From positions 38,056-102,055 of the forward strand of contig JBGTHM010000034.1 of the NCBI GenBank assembly GCA_041746255.1: a DNA stretch of 64,000 nt. Reading direction: 5' to 3'. Origin of the DNA: Fibrobacteria bacterium (lineage in GTDB: Bacteria > Fibrobacterota > Fibrobacteria > UBA11236). Position 1 is the first letter of the stretch. Every line of letters begins with the position of its first letter. Positions 28,037 through 36,878 of the stretch are shown piece by piece. Position numbers and translations under genes: made by a program. Below the pieces are notes generated by a model. That model was not told where the DNA came from and made no database searches. It was given only the letters and a program-made list of their open reading frames with translations.

Positions 28037-29014
28037 ATGGAATACAAGGACTATTATCGCATCTTGGGCGTGGACAAAGGCGCCGATCTCAAGGCCATCA
28101 ATGCAGCCTATAAGAAGCTCGCGGTCAAATTTCATCCCGACAAAAATCCGGGTGATAAAAAAGCCGAAGAGCGCTTCAAGGAAATAAATGAGGCCAAAGC
28201 GGTGTTGGCGGATCCCGAAAAGCGGAAGCTCTATGACGCCTATGGCGAAAATTGGCAATATGCCCAGCAGGGCGGGGCTCCGGGAAGCCAGCGGTCGGGA
28301 GCGGGAGCCAGAGGGGGTTTTGATTTTTCCAATTTTGCCCAAGGGGAGGGTGGTCCCGGCTTTTCTTTCGGCTTCGGGGAAGGTGGGGAAGGCTATGGCG
28401 AGTATTCCGAATTCTTTCAGAGCTTTTTCGGTGGCGGTGGGCGCGGCTCCCGCCGGGCCGGGGCCGCTCGCGGTGTTCCGGGGCAAGACTTCCGCGCTGA
28501 AATGGAGTTGTCGCTCGAAGAAGCCTACCAGGGAGCGGAACGCATGGTGGACCTGGGTGGGCAAAGGCTGAAGCTCAACCTCAAGCCGGGGCTTTCCGAT
28601 GGCCAAAACATCCGTTTGGCGGGAAAAGGCGGGCCGGGGATTCAGGGCGGACCCAATGGTGACGTCCTCATTACTGTGCGTATGCCACCTCATCCCGATT
28701 ACGAAAGAAAGGGAGACGATTTATATAAGGACGTTGCCGTGGATATTTATACCGCGGTGTTGGGCGGCAAGGTGAAGGTGCGCACCCTGAAGGGCGAGGT
28801 CAATCTGGCGATTCCAGCGGGTACCGATGGCGGAAAGATGTTACGCTTGCGGGGACTGGGCATGCCCGTATATGGGAAGGCGAACCAGTTCGGAGATTTT
28901 TTTGCCCGTATCGCCATCAAGACACCTAAACATTTGAGCGAAAAGGAAAAAAGCCTCTTCCGGGAACTGGCCGAGATACGTGAGGGTCAATTCGCAGAGT
29001 CCGGCGGCGGGTGA
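28037..29014 (+). CDS. DnaJ-class (CbpA-like) co-chaperone
   Basis: J domain with HPD, G/F region, no zinc finger, DnaJ C-terminal domain. Confidence 0.93.
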   Translation: MEYKDYYRILGVDKGADLKAINAAYKKLAVKFHPDKNPGDKKAEERFKEINEAKAVLADPEKRKLYDAYGENWQYAQQGGAPGSQRSGAGARGGFDFSNFAQGEGGPGFSFGFGEGGEGYGEYSEFFQSFFGGGGRGSRRAGAARGVPGQDFRAEMELSLEEAYQGAERMVDLGGQRLKLNLKPGLSDGQNIRLAGKGGPGIQGGPNGDVLITVRMPPHPDYERKGDDLYKDVAVDIYTAVLGGKVKVRTLKGEVNLAIPAGTDGGKMLRLRGLGMPVYGKANQFGDFFARIAIKTPKHLSEKEKSLFRELAEIREGQFAESGGG

Positions 29015-29082
29015 AAAATTGCATCCCCTAACCTTCACCGGAGAGTAGCGCGTCCTGCAAGGACATTTGCTAGTATGCTGAT

Positions 29083-29757
29083 ATGCTGCGCCTTAAGTTG
29101 ATTCTTACCCTTATTGCTTTCACCGCGATTTCCCTGGGAATTTTCGGAGTCTGGAAGATGGTAAGCCGAATCGACCCGGGAGCGATGGCACGCCAATTGT
29201 CCCAAGCCATCGGTTCCGCGCTGCATGCCACTCCCACAGTTTATGTGCAAAAGCGGGTAGTGGTGGAGGAAAAACGCGCCATCGCCGAACTGGCTCTGGT
29301 CTCGCGACAAACCGCCGTGGATCATCGCATGCAAAGCGAGAAGTTTTTCAGCAAAGCCGGTTTGCAAATGCAGGGAACTTTCTCGGTCAAAGCCGGATTC
29401 GACCTCCGCTCACAAGCTTTTGCCCTGCATTTCGATCCGGATAAGCAACGGGCCACCCTGGAATTCCCCATGCCCCGCATTTTGTCTTTGGAGATGACGG
29501 ATTTCACCGTAGTGGAAGATCGTAGCGGTTGGTGGAACCGGGTATCGGAGCACGATCGCGAAATGGCGCTGCGTCAAATGAAGGCCGATGCCAAATTGGA
29601 AGCCAACCGGGCGGGCATATTGGTGGATTGCCGGCGTGAACTGGAAACCGCCTTGGCCGGTGTCGCCCGAGAGACGGGGGTTGAGTTCGTGTTCAGCTAC
29701 CTTAATTCCGAGGGCTTGCCAAGCTTGGAGCCAAAAGCTCCCGAAGCGCTACGGTGA
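29083..29757 (+). CDS. DUF4230-like membrane-anchored protein
   Basis: N-terminal TM, ELALV, VKAGFDL, PRILS, AGIL. Confidence 0.7.
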   Translation: MLRLKLILTLIAFTAISLGIFGVWKMVSRIDPGAMARQLSQAIGSALHATPTVYVQKRVVVEEKRAIAELALVSRQTAVDHRMQSEKFFSKAGLQMQGTFSVKAGFDLRSQAFALHFDPDKQRATLEFPMPRILSLEMTDFTVVEDRSGWWNRVSEHDREMALRQMKADAKLEANRAGILVDCRRELETALAGVARETGVEFVFSYLNSEGLPSLEPKAPEALR

Positions 29758-29782
29758 GGTTGGAGGCCCGCCTGCCATAAAA

Positions 29783-29873
29783 TCCCAAAAATAGGATTAC
29801 CCAATCCTGGAATTGGGAGGCATTCCAGGGATTCGCCATAAATCAGGCCAAAATTAACGGCACTTAAATTGCT
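29783..29873 (+). promoter_or_regulatory. Sigma54 (-24/-12) promoter with candidate tandem enhancer sites
   Basis: CGGCACTTAAATTGCT at 29858-29873 (GG-N10-GC); dyads TCCCAAAAATAGGA (29783-29796) and TCCTGGAATTGGGA (29805-29818). Confidence 0.65.
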
Positions 29874-29946
29874 CATGACTGTTACGACAATCCTGAAATC
29901 CAATGATCCGATTGGATTTTGGGAATATCATTAAATAAAGGCGGGC

Positions 29947-31164
29947 GTGATGCTAATTTCCAAAATAATATTCGGAGTAATCTGGTTCTCGGTTTCGGGG
30001 TGTATTACCGAAGTAGCAAAAGAAAAGGAATCGCTTAAGCCCGAATTCTCGGTGCGGCATGCAGAATCTTATCTGGAGCCGCTTCTTCCTTATCGAGACA
30101 CTCTTTCCGTGAAGGGTGCGCCCAATGCACTATGGGTTTTCGCTCCGATAAATGTCCCCCATGGTTTTGAGATTGAGGATTCTGTGATAACGTGGACGCC
30201 TCCCAGCGACACGGGAGCAACCATTAAAATTACCGTTTCCGCGATTGATAATGTTTCCGGGAAAACCTTTACTTATTCCTGGTTGGTTTATGTTATGGCA
30301 GCTAACCACCCTCCGAAAATTGTGAACCATCCAGACAGCATGCCAACGTTCCTGTTAGTCGGAGATACGTGGGCGGATACCATCCATGTGAAGGAACCGG
30401 ACGGCGAGCAACTTTCGTTTCGACTTGAGCCCAAGCGGGATTGGGTTGAATTTCAAGATAGTCTGGTTTATTTCCGTCCCAGCAGCCAAGACACGGGATG
30501 GCATCAGATGAAACTGATTGTCCGTGACCCAAGGTCGGGCGAGGATACGCTAAGCTGGGACATGTATGTAGCTCTGGAGGATATTCAAGTCTGTGGATTT
30601 TCGCCTATCGCTTTGGGGGATTCCTGGGCCTATAAATTCGAGACCTATAGGCACATGGAAACCCCCCAGGAAACTGAGAGTGAAATTCGGATTGAGATTA
30701 TCAGCCTGGACAACCGGGCGGACTCCAGCTATTTCAAAGTCGCAGTGAGCCAGGGCGCCAGTCGTGTATCGGTCGAATCTTTTGTCCGGGTCGGGCAGGA
30801 AACCTTTTTCATGCAAGTCGATAGTGGATCCGGGTTCCTAAGCAGTTTAAGGTATTCCGTAAATGGGTTACCGCCTCATTTCAGCGTGAACTGTTCGCCA
30901 AAATACCGGACGCTTCCGGTTGCCTCCGAAGGCCCGGGGTCCTTTGTACATCGGGTGGAAAAAATCCTGTTCGACAGGTACAATAGTCCTATTTCTCTCT
31001 CTTGGGATTTTTGGGCATCAGATATCGGACTGACCTATTACTTCGTGAAAGAAAACTTTCCCGGATTTTACAGGCAGGACAAATGGCAGCTCCTACAGTT
31101 TAAAGAACAGCCGGTGGATTTGAAACGCTTGACCCCCAAACCCGAGGAAAGTCCTGCGCAATAA
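29947..31164 (+). CDS. Hypothetical lipoprotein with Ig/cadherin-like domains
   Basis: Lipobox VSGC; ITWTP, NHPPKI, EPDGEQLSF, VYFRP repeats typical of He_PIG/cadherin-like domains. Confidence 0.65.
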   Translation: MMLISKIIFGVIWFSVSGCITEVAKEKESLKPEFSVRHAESYLEPLLPYRDTLSVKGAPNALWVFAPINVPHGFEIEDSVITWTPPSDTGATIKITVSAIDNVSGKTFTYSWLVYVMAANHPPKIVNHPDSMPTFLLVGDTWADTIHVKEPDGEQLSFRLEPKRDWVEFQDSLVYFRPSSQDTGWHQMKLIVRDPRSGEDTLSWDMYVALEDIQVCGFSPIALGDSWAYKFETYRHMETPQETESEIRIEIISLDNRADSSYFKVAVSQGASRVSVESFVRVGQETFFMQVDSGSGFLSSLRYSVNGLPPHFSVNCSPKYRTLPVASEGPGSFVHRVEKILFDRYNSPISLSWDFWASDIGLTYYFVKENFPGFYRQDKWQLLQFKEQPVDLKRLTPKPEESPAQ

Positions 31165-31490
31165 GTAGGGAAGGCCTCCCCCCGGGTTACGGGAGAAGGC
31201 CCAGGACTGCTGCGTGGCGGGTCACGCAGCAACTCGAGATGTCCGTACGCGGTATGGGTTTAGACTACTCGAATCGGTAATTGGTAACCTTCAAGTAAGA
31301 ATTTTTTTGTTTCAGGGAGGTTTCGCCTTGGCCGGCGCGGGCCCGGAGGCTTTCACGGTTAAGCCCCGCTGGGACACCCGGCGGCCTGGGAAGCGCGCCT
31401 TTCATCGGCTTCTTGCATCCCCTTCGGCGAGTATTTTTTACCTTTGGGCTTGCTGCAATGCCCATTTCCAAGCTAAAAAGGCCAAAATCC

Positions 31491-32936
31491 ATGACAACCG
31501 ACCCCAACCAGACTTATGAAAACCCGCTAATTGGACGTTATGCCTCCCGCGAGATGGGGTTTTTGTTTTCGTCGCAATTCAAGTTTCAAACCTGGCGGAA
31601 GCTGTGGATTCTTTTGGCCGAAACCGAAAAAGAACTGGGCCTTGAGATTACTGACGAGCAAATCGCGGAACTGAAGGCGCATCAAACCGACATCAATTTC
31701 GCCGAGGCCGCCGCCCGCGAAAAGGAAGTCCGGCACGATGTGATGGCGCATGTGCATGCTTATGGTTTGCAATGCCCCAAGGCTGCGGGCATTATTCATC
31801 TGGGTGCGACTTCGGCGTATGTCGCCGATAATACCGACTTGATTCAGATGAAGGAGGCGCTGGTGCTGGTGCGGCGTCGCCTGCTGCGCACGGTGGATGG
31901 CTTGGCCGGTTTTGCGCGGGAGCAAAGGAACCAGCCCACGTTGGGCTTCACGCATTTTCAGCCCGCCCAACTGACCACGGTGGGGAAACGCGCGTGTTTA
32001 TGGATTCAGGAGTTGCTGCTCGACATCGAGGAGCTGGAATTTTTTCTCGATCGCCTCCCCTTTCTCGGGGTAAAGGGAACCACCGGCACCCAGGCCAGCT
32101 TCGTGGAGTTGTTCGCGGGCGATATGGGCAAGGTCAAGGAACTGGATAAACGGGTGACGCACAAGGCGGGATTTTCCCGGCATTTCACCATAGCGGGGCA
32201 AACCTATACGCGTAAAATCGACGCGAAGGTTTTGGCGCTGCTTTCGAACATCGCGCAATCGCTGTCCAAGTTCTCGTCGGACTTGCGGCTGTTGCAACAC
32301 CTTAAAGAGGTGGAAGAGCCTTTCGAAAAAAATCAAATCGGATCGTCGGCCATGGCCTATAAACGCAATCCCATGCGTTCGGAGCGCATCGGATCGCTTT
32401 CGCGTTTCGTGCAAAGCCTGGTGCAAAGCGCGGCCTTCACGGCGTCGACGCAATGGTTCGAAAGGACGCTCGACGATTCGGCCAATAAGCGCCTGGCGGT
32501 GCCGCAGGCGTTTCTCGCGGTGGACTCGATGTTGATTCTCGCGGAAAACGTTTCGCGTGGGTTGGTGGTGTATCCCGCCATGATCCGCCGTCATGTGGAG
32601 GCCGAGCTTCCCTTCATGGCTACGGAGAATATCATGATGGCGGGGGTGAAAAAAGGCGGAGACCGTCAGCATTTGCATGAGGCTATTCGCGGTCATTCGC
32701 TGGAGGCTGCCAAGCGGGTGAAGGTGGACGGCGGGGAGAACGATTTGATGGAGCGCATTGCGGGAGACGCGCAATTCGGGTTGTCGCGCCGGGAATTGGA
32801 CGCCTTGCTGGACCCGACTTTATTTACGGGACGGAGCGCGGAGCTGACCGAGGAGTTTTTGGACGGGGAGGTTTATCCACTCTTGGCCAAGTACGATGAT
32901 TGGAAGAGTTTGGCTGAGGAAGAGTTGAAGGTGTGA
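31491..32936 (+). CDS. purB: Adenylosuccinate lyase
   Basis: [34 protein letters not shown] signature. Confidence 0.97.
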   Translation: MTTDPNQTYENPLIGRYASREMGFLFSSQFKFQTWRKLWILLAETEKELGLEITDEQIAELKAHQTDINFAEAAAREKEVRHDVMAHVHAYGLQCPKAAGIIHLGATSAYVADNTDLIQMKEALVLVRRRLLRTVDGLAGFAREQRNQPTLGFTHFQPAQLTTVGKRACLWIQELLLDIEELEFFLDRLPFLGVKGTTGTQASFVELFAGDMGKVKELDKRVTHKAGFSRHFTIAGQTYTRKIDAKVLALLSNIAQSLSKFSSDLRLLQHLKEVEEPFEKNQIGSSAMAYKRNPMRSERIGSLSRFVQSLVQSAAFTASTQWFERTLDDSANKRLAVPQAFLAVDSMLILAENVSRGLVVYPAMIRRHVEAELPFMATENIMMAGVKKGGDRQHLHEAIRGHSLEAAKRVKVDGGENDLMERIAGDAQFGLSRRELDALLDPTLFTGRSAELTEEFLDGEVYPLLAKYDDWKSLAEEELKV

Positions 32937-32989
32937 GGTTCTAAATTCGGAGGGAGATATCATCTTGATCTCCTAGTAACATTGGTGCG

Positions 32990-33162
32990 GACCGGCTCCC
33001 CCCGCCGAGGAGATTTTTCCGGCGCGCTCCGCCCATTCCGCTTTGCGATACGGTTGCCGTCGCAACTCGCCCGCTGCGCGGACTCAGACAGGCTCCGGCA
33101 CCCTACGCAAAGCGGGGGCTGCGCTGATGCCTGCAAAATCTCCTCGGCGGGGGGAGCCGGTC
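32990..33162. repeat. Long palindromic (MITE/REP-like) element
   Basis: Perfect 28-bp inverted repeat 32990-33017/33135-33162 plus inner pair CCGCTTTGCG/CGCAAAGCGG, between convergent genes. Confidence 0.85.
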
Positions 33163-33225
33163 ATTTGCTGGGTGGTGTCTACTGCAACGGCCAAATAAAT
33201 TGGCATGGTGTGAAGCGAGACAATT

Positions 33226-34206
33226 TTAAATTTTCCGGTAATATTCCGCGAAGCGTTTTAGAAAGGTTTCCAGCCTGTCGGCGGGGAGGCGGTTGATGCC
33301 GGCGGCCAAACGTCTGCCTCCTCCAGTGGGAAATTCCGAGGCCAAAACGGCGGCCGACGGTCCTTTGTCTCCCCATGCGCGCGGGGAGCGGATGGACACC
33401 ATGTAGGTACCATCCTGGTTACCCATGCACATGGCCTGGGCCCTTTGGGGTTGCTCTTGCGCCAAAGTATTGGCCCAGGAGGAGGCGTAGCGGCGCGCCC
33501 ATCTCTCTCCGGGAAGCACATAGGCCACGGCATGTTTCGAGTCCAAGGCGGGTTGCGATCCCAAAGCCTGCAACTTGTCGTGCTGGAATTGCTCCCGCAA
33601 TTGCGGTATCAAATCCGTCGCTGCTAAAAATTCGAAGGGGTCGGTGAAGGGCGAGAGTAATTCCGCCACCTGAACCGCGGGAGTATGCACATCCGCTTCG
33701 GATTCCCCATAGGCGTTGTAGTTGAGCAAAAAGCCTAGTTCTTCCAGGGCTTGGATTTGGGTTTGGGAAAGCCGCTCGTTGGCTACCAGGGCGCGGGCCG
33801 CTTCCGGTAGGTTATCGCCGAAGGCCGCCGCGGCGGCCCATAAAGGGAAACGATGTTTTAAATAGGCGTTGACGATGATGCCCGTACAAGTATTCGCGGA
33901 TTCGTGGATATGCCGGGTCAACCGGGGGTGGTCCAACGGCGCTCCGGGTTCATGGTGATCGAACCAGGTTACGTGAATATCCGGCTTGGTCAGCAGGGTG
34001 CGCAGGGCCTCGTGGTTTTTCTTCAGGCTGATATCGAATACATGGACATCCCCTTCCGCATCGGAAGGAAGTCGCTGCAACAATTCGATATCCCTTTTTA
34101 GGCCGGTAATTCGGCTAAGGGGTCGATGCCCCTGCAACTCCCAGATATGCTGGGCCAGAATACCGTCGGCGTCGCCGTTGAAGAGGAAGTGTCCGGGTGC
34201 CGCCAT
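33226..34206 (-). CDS. DHH family phosphoesterase-like protein
   Basis: FNGDADGI, FDIS, WFDHH, FGDN, C-terminal GGGR..AAG. Confidence 0.82.
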   Translation of the reverse strand: MAAPGHFLFNGDADGILAQHIWELQGHRPLSRITGLKRDIELLQRLPSDAEGDVHVFDISLKKNHEALRTLLTKPDIHVTWFDHHEPGAPLDHPRLTRHIHESANTCTGIIVNAYLKHRFPLWAAAAAFGDNLPEAARALVANERLSQTQIQALEELGFLLNYNAYGESEADVHTPAVQVAELLSPFTDPFEFLAATDLIPQLREQFQHDKLQALGSQPALDSKHAVAYVLPGERWARRYASSWANTLAQEQPQRAQAMCMGNQDGTYMVSIRSPRAWGDKGPSAAVLASEFPTGGGRRLAAGINRLPADRLETFLKRFAEYYRKI

Positions 34207-34296
34207 GCTGCTCCAATATTAAAAAATAAGGGTGGAAGCGTGCCGATGTGACCGGCTTCTCCTTTTCTTCTAAGGGGAGGGGTTAATTTCCAGGGC

Positions 34297-35523
34297 ATGG
34301 ACCGGAAAATCACGCAACAAATTCGTGCCCGCATGCGGGATTGGGCTGCGCAGGGTATGACGGTGGAAACCTGCCTTCGGGAATTGGCGACGCTTATGCA
34401 ATCCCAGAATTCGGGAAAGCAAACCTATGCGGTGTTGGTATGGGTGGAAGGGGCGCGCATAAGAATTTATCGGGCGCGCGATGAGGTCTTCCAATTGGAG
34501 GGCGACACGCTCTTAGCCAAAAAATTGACGCGTTATTTAAAACCGATAACCAATCGGGCCCATGCGAGTAAACCGGATTGGCATGAGGCTGTTGGGCTGG
34601 ATTCGTTATTCGCTTGCAAAGAAGGGCGCAAAAGCGAAACCGGGGTTATAATGGGTTTGGTTTTTCCCATGGGCGAAGGAGAAAGGTTATGGCTTATTAC
34701 GCGCTTTGCTGACGGGATTTTTCTTCCTACGCAAGGGTTACGGCGCAGGCAAGGTTTGGGAAAGTGGTTGGCGAGGCATCTCATGGATGTGCGAAATAGG
34801 GAAAGAGTTCTGCGGTTGGAGCGTTCCCGCGCGCAAGAAGCCGCGGTAGGGGCTTTAGCCCACGAGTTGAAAACTCCCTTGGCAGCCGTAAGGCAGGCAT
34901 TGGAGGCAATGCGAAAGCCGGGTAGCGACGAAGCCCTGTTCTCATCTTGTCGCCAATCGCTGACCCGATGCGAGCGGTTGATTCGGAATTATCTCGAGTT
35001 CCTGAAGCTGGAAGAACTGTCGCTTTCACCAACGCCCCTTTTGCCTCTTTTACAGGAAGCTTGGGAAGGGCTTCGTTTCCGAAGGGAAGCTTCGGGAGCT
35101 GCTTGCAAATTCCACATTCCGGAAGATGCGCAGGCCACCCTGATCTGGGCGCATCCCGTGTTTACGCATCAGGTTTTCACCAATCTTTTTGAAAATGCCT
35201 GCCGCGCAATAGAAGTGGATAAGCATCGTGGGAAAGTCCGTGCAGGCCATGGAGACGGATTCATTCGCGTGGAAATTCAAGCGCATGGGTCTTATACCCG
35301 TGTGAATTTCTTCGATTCCGGCCCCGGAGTGCCGGTTTTTTTGCGGGATCGGCTGTTTCAACCTTTCGTCTCCGGATTCAAGCAAGGCCACGGGCTCGGG
35401 TTGGCGCTCTGCCGGAAAATAATGGAGGCCCATGCAGGGGAAATTCAATATATTTGCCCCCTAGGTGGGGAGACTTGCTTCTCGTTGCTCTTCCGGACGG
35501 TGACTGACGGGAAGAATCCATGA
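34297..35523 (+). CDS. Soluble sensor histidine kinase
   Basis: LAHELKTPL H-box, NLFENA, DSGPG, GHGLGL; no obvious TM helix. Confidence 0.92.
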   Translation: MDRKITQQIRARMRDWAAQGMTVETCLRELATLMQSQNSGKQTYAVLVWVEGARIRIYRARDEVFQLEGDTLLAKKLTRYLKPITNRAHASKPDWHEAVGLDSLFACKEGRKSETGVIMGLVFPMGEGERLWLITRFADGIFLPTQGLRRRQGLGKWLARHLMDVRNRERVLRLERSRAQEAAVGALAHELKTPLAAVRQALEAMRKPGSDEALFSSCRQSLTRCERLIRNYLEFLKLEELSLSPTPLLPLLQEAWEGLRFRREASGAACKFHIPEDAQATLIWAHPVFTHQVFTNLFENACRAIEVDKHRGKVRAGHGDGFIRVEIQAHGSYTRVNFFDSGPGVPVFLRDRLFQPFVSGFKQGHGLGLALCRKIMEAHAGEIQYICPLGGETCFSLLFRTVTDGKNP

Positions 35524-36878
35524 ATGCCAGTATACTTATCGTCGAGGACGAACCCTCCATGCGCTTGGCGCTTGAGCGTGAATTTGTAGGCGCGGATTGG
35601 TTGACGGCAACGGTGGAGACGGCCAGTCAAGCACGTGAACGTTTGACGGTCGGAGGATTTTCGGTGGTGCTTTGTGATGTGCAATTGCCGGACGGAGATG
35701 GTTTGGAATTGCTCAAGACGTTTTCCCCCAAACCCGGAGCCCCGGCTTTTTTCATGATGTCCGCGTTTGGTACCGTAGCGCGCGCGGTTGAAGCGGTAAA
35801 ATCGGGAGCCGTCGACTTTTTCGAAAAGCCGATAGCGATTCCCTCGGTATTGGAAATGCTGGAAGCCTATCGTATCCCGAAGGCCGTAAGAAATTCGGTT
35901 GGGGTCGAAGGGATAAACGCACCGACACAAAACTTTTCCACTTTATGCGCTCCCGATTCCCCGCTGCAGGAGACGCTGCGAATGGCGGCCATCCTTGCGC
36001 GCAAAAATTGTAGCGTCCATCTTTTTGGCGAAAGCGGAACCGGAAAAGAAGTCATCGCCCGCATCCTGCACGATTCCGGCCCGCGCGGATCATTTCCTTT
36101 TATCGCCGTCAATTGCGCGGCCATTTCTCCCCAATTGATTGAAGGGGAATTATTCGGCTATCGTAAAGGAGCTTTCACCGGCGCCTTGACCGATCGCAAA
36201 GGCAAAATCGAGGAAGCGCAGGGAGGTACGCTGTTTTTGGATGAGGTAGGAGACATGCCTTTGCATGTGCAGTCCAAGCTTTTACGGGTATTGCAGGAAA
36301 AGGCCGTATGCCGCATCGGCGATCATCGCGAAATCCCGGTGGATTTCCGGGTGGTGTCGGCAACGCATAAAAATCTGCGCCAAGAGGCGGATGCGGGCCG
36401 CTTTCGCAGCGACCTCTTTTATCGACTTAACGTCGTAGAAATGCGCTTGCCTCCCTTGCGTGAACGGACGATGGATATTCCTTGGCTGGCGCGACAATTT
36501 CTCGCTACGCAATTGTCCAAGATTGATACGGATTCAGCCGTCGCAACCATGCCGTCCTCATTGCTTAACCATGGCTTTCCCGGCAATGTGCGGGAGTTAC
36601 GCAATGTCGTGGAGCGCTATTGCGTATTGCGTGAATTGGGGCAGAGCTGGAGCGAGGCCCTGCTGGACGGCTCCCACCTGGCCGAAAGCGGCGGCAATGC
36701 CATCGGCAAGACCATCGCCAATAAGCAGCGTATCTCTATACGGAATACCATCCGCACCGACGACCAGGTTCTCGCCGCCTTGGAACAAAGCGGCTATAAC
36801 CGCCGTTTAGCCTCGGAAATTCTGGGTATCTCCCGCCGGGCTTTGCAATATCGATTGGCCAGGATGCAAAAAGCATGA
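35520..36878 (+). CDS. Sigma54-dependent response regulator (NtrC family)
   Basis: Receiver domain, [30 protein letters not shown], Fis-type HTH. Confidence 0.96.
   Translation: MNASILIVEDEPSMRLALEREFVGADWLTATVETASQARERLTVGGFSVVLCDVQLPDGDGLELLKTFSPKPGAPAFFMMSAFGTVARAVEAVKSGAVDFFEKPIAIPSVLEMLEAYRIPKAVRNSVGVEGINAPTQNFSTLCAPDSPLQETLRMAAILARKNCSVHLFGESGTGKEVIARILHDSGPRGSFPFIAVNCAAISPQLIEGELFGYRKGAFTGALTDRKGKIEEAQGGTLFLDEVGDMPLHVQSKLLRVLQEKAVCRIGDHREIPVDFRVVSATHKNLRQEADAGRFRSDLFYRLNVVEMRLPPLRERTMDIPWLARQFLATQLSKIDTDSAVATMPSSLLNHGFPGNVRELRNVVERYCVLRELGQSWSEALLDGSHLAESGGNAIGKTIANKQRISIRNTIRTDDQVLAALEQSGYNRRLASEILGISRRALQYRLARMQKA

Noticed and set aside
31165..31430. Possible purine riboswitch or ncRNA upstream of purB
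   Set aside because: Only isolated hairpins (e.g. TGCTGCGTG/CACGCAGCA); no riboswitch consensus recognised. An Rfam scan would settle it.
34220..34249. Sigma28-like GCCGATGT upstream of the His kinase
   Set aside because: Spacing to TAAA is 18 bp, outside the usual range.
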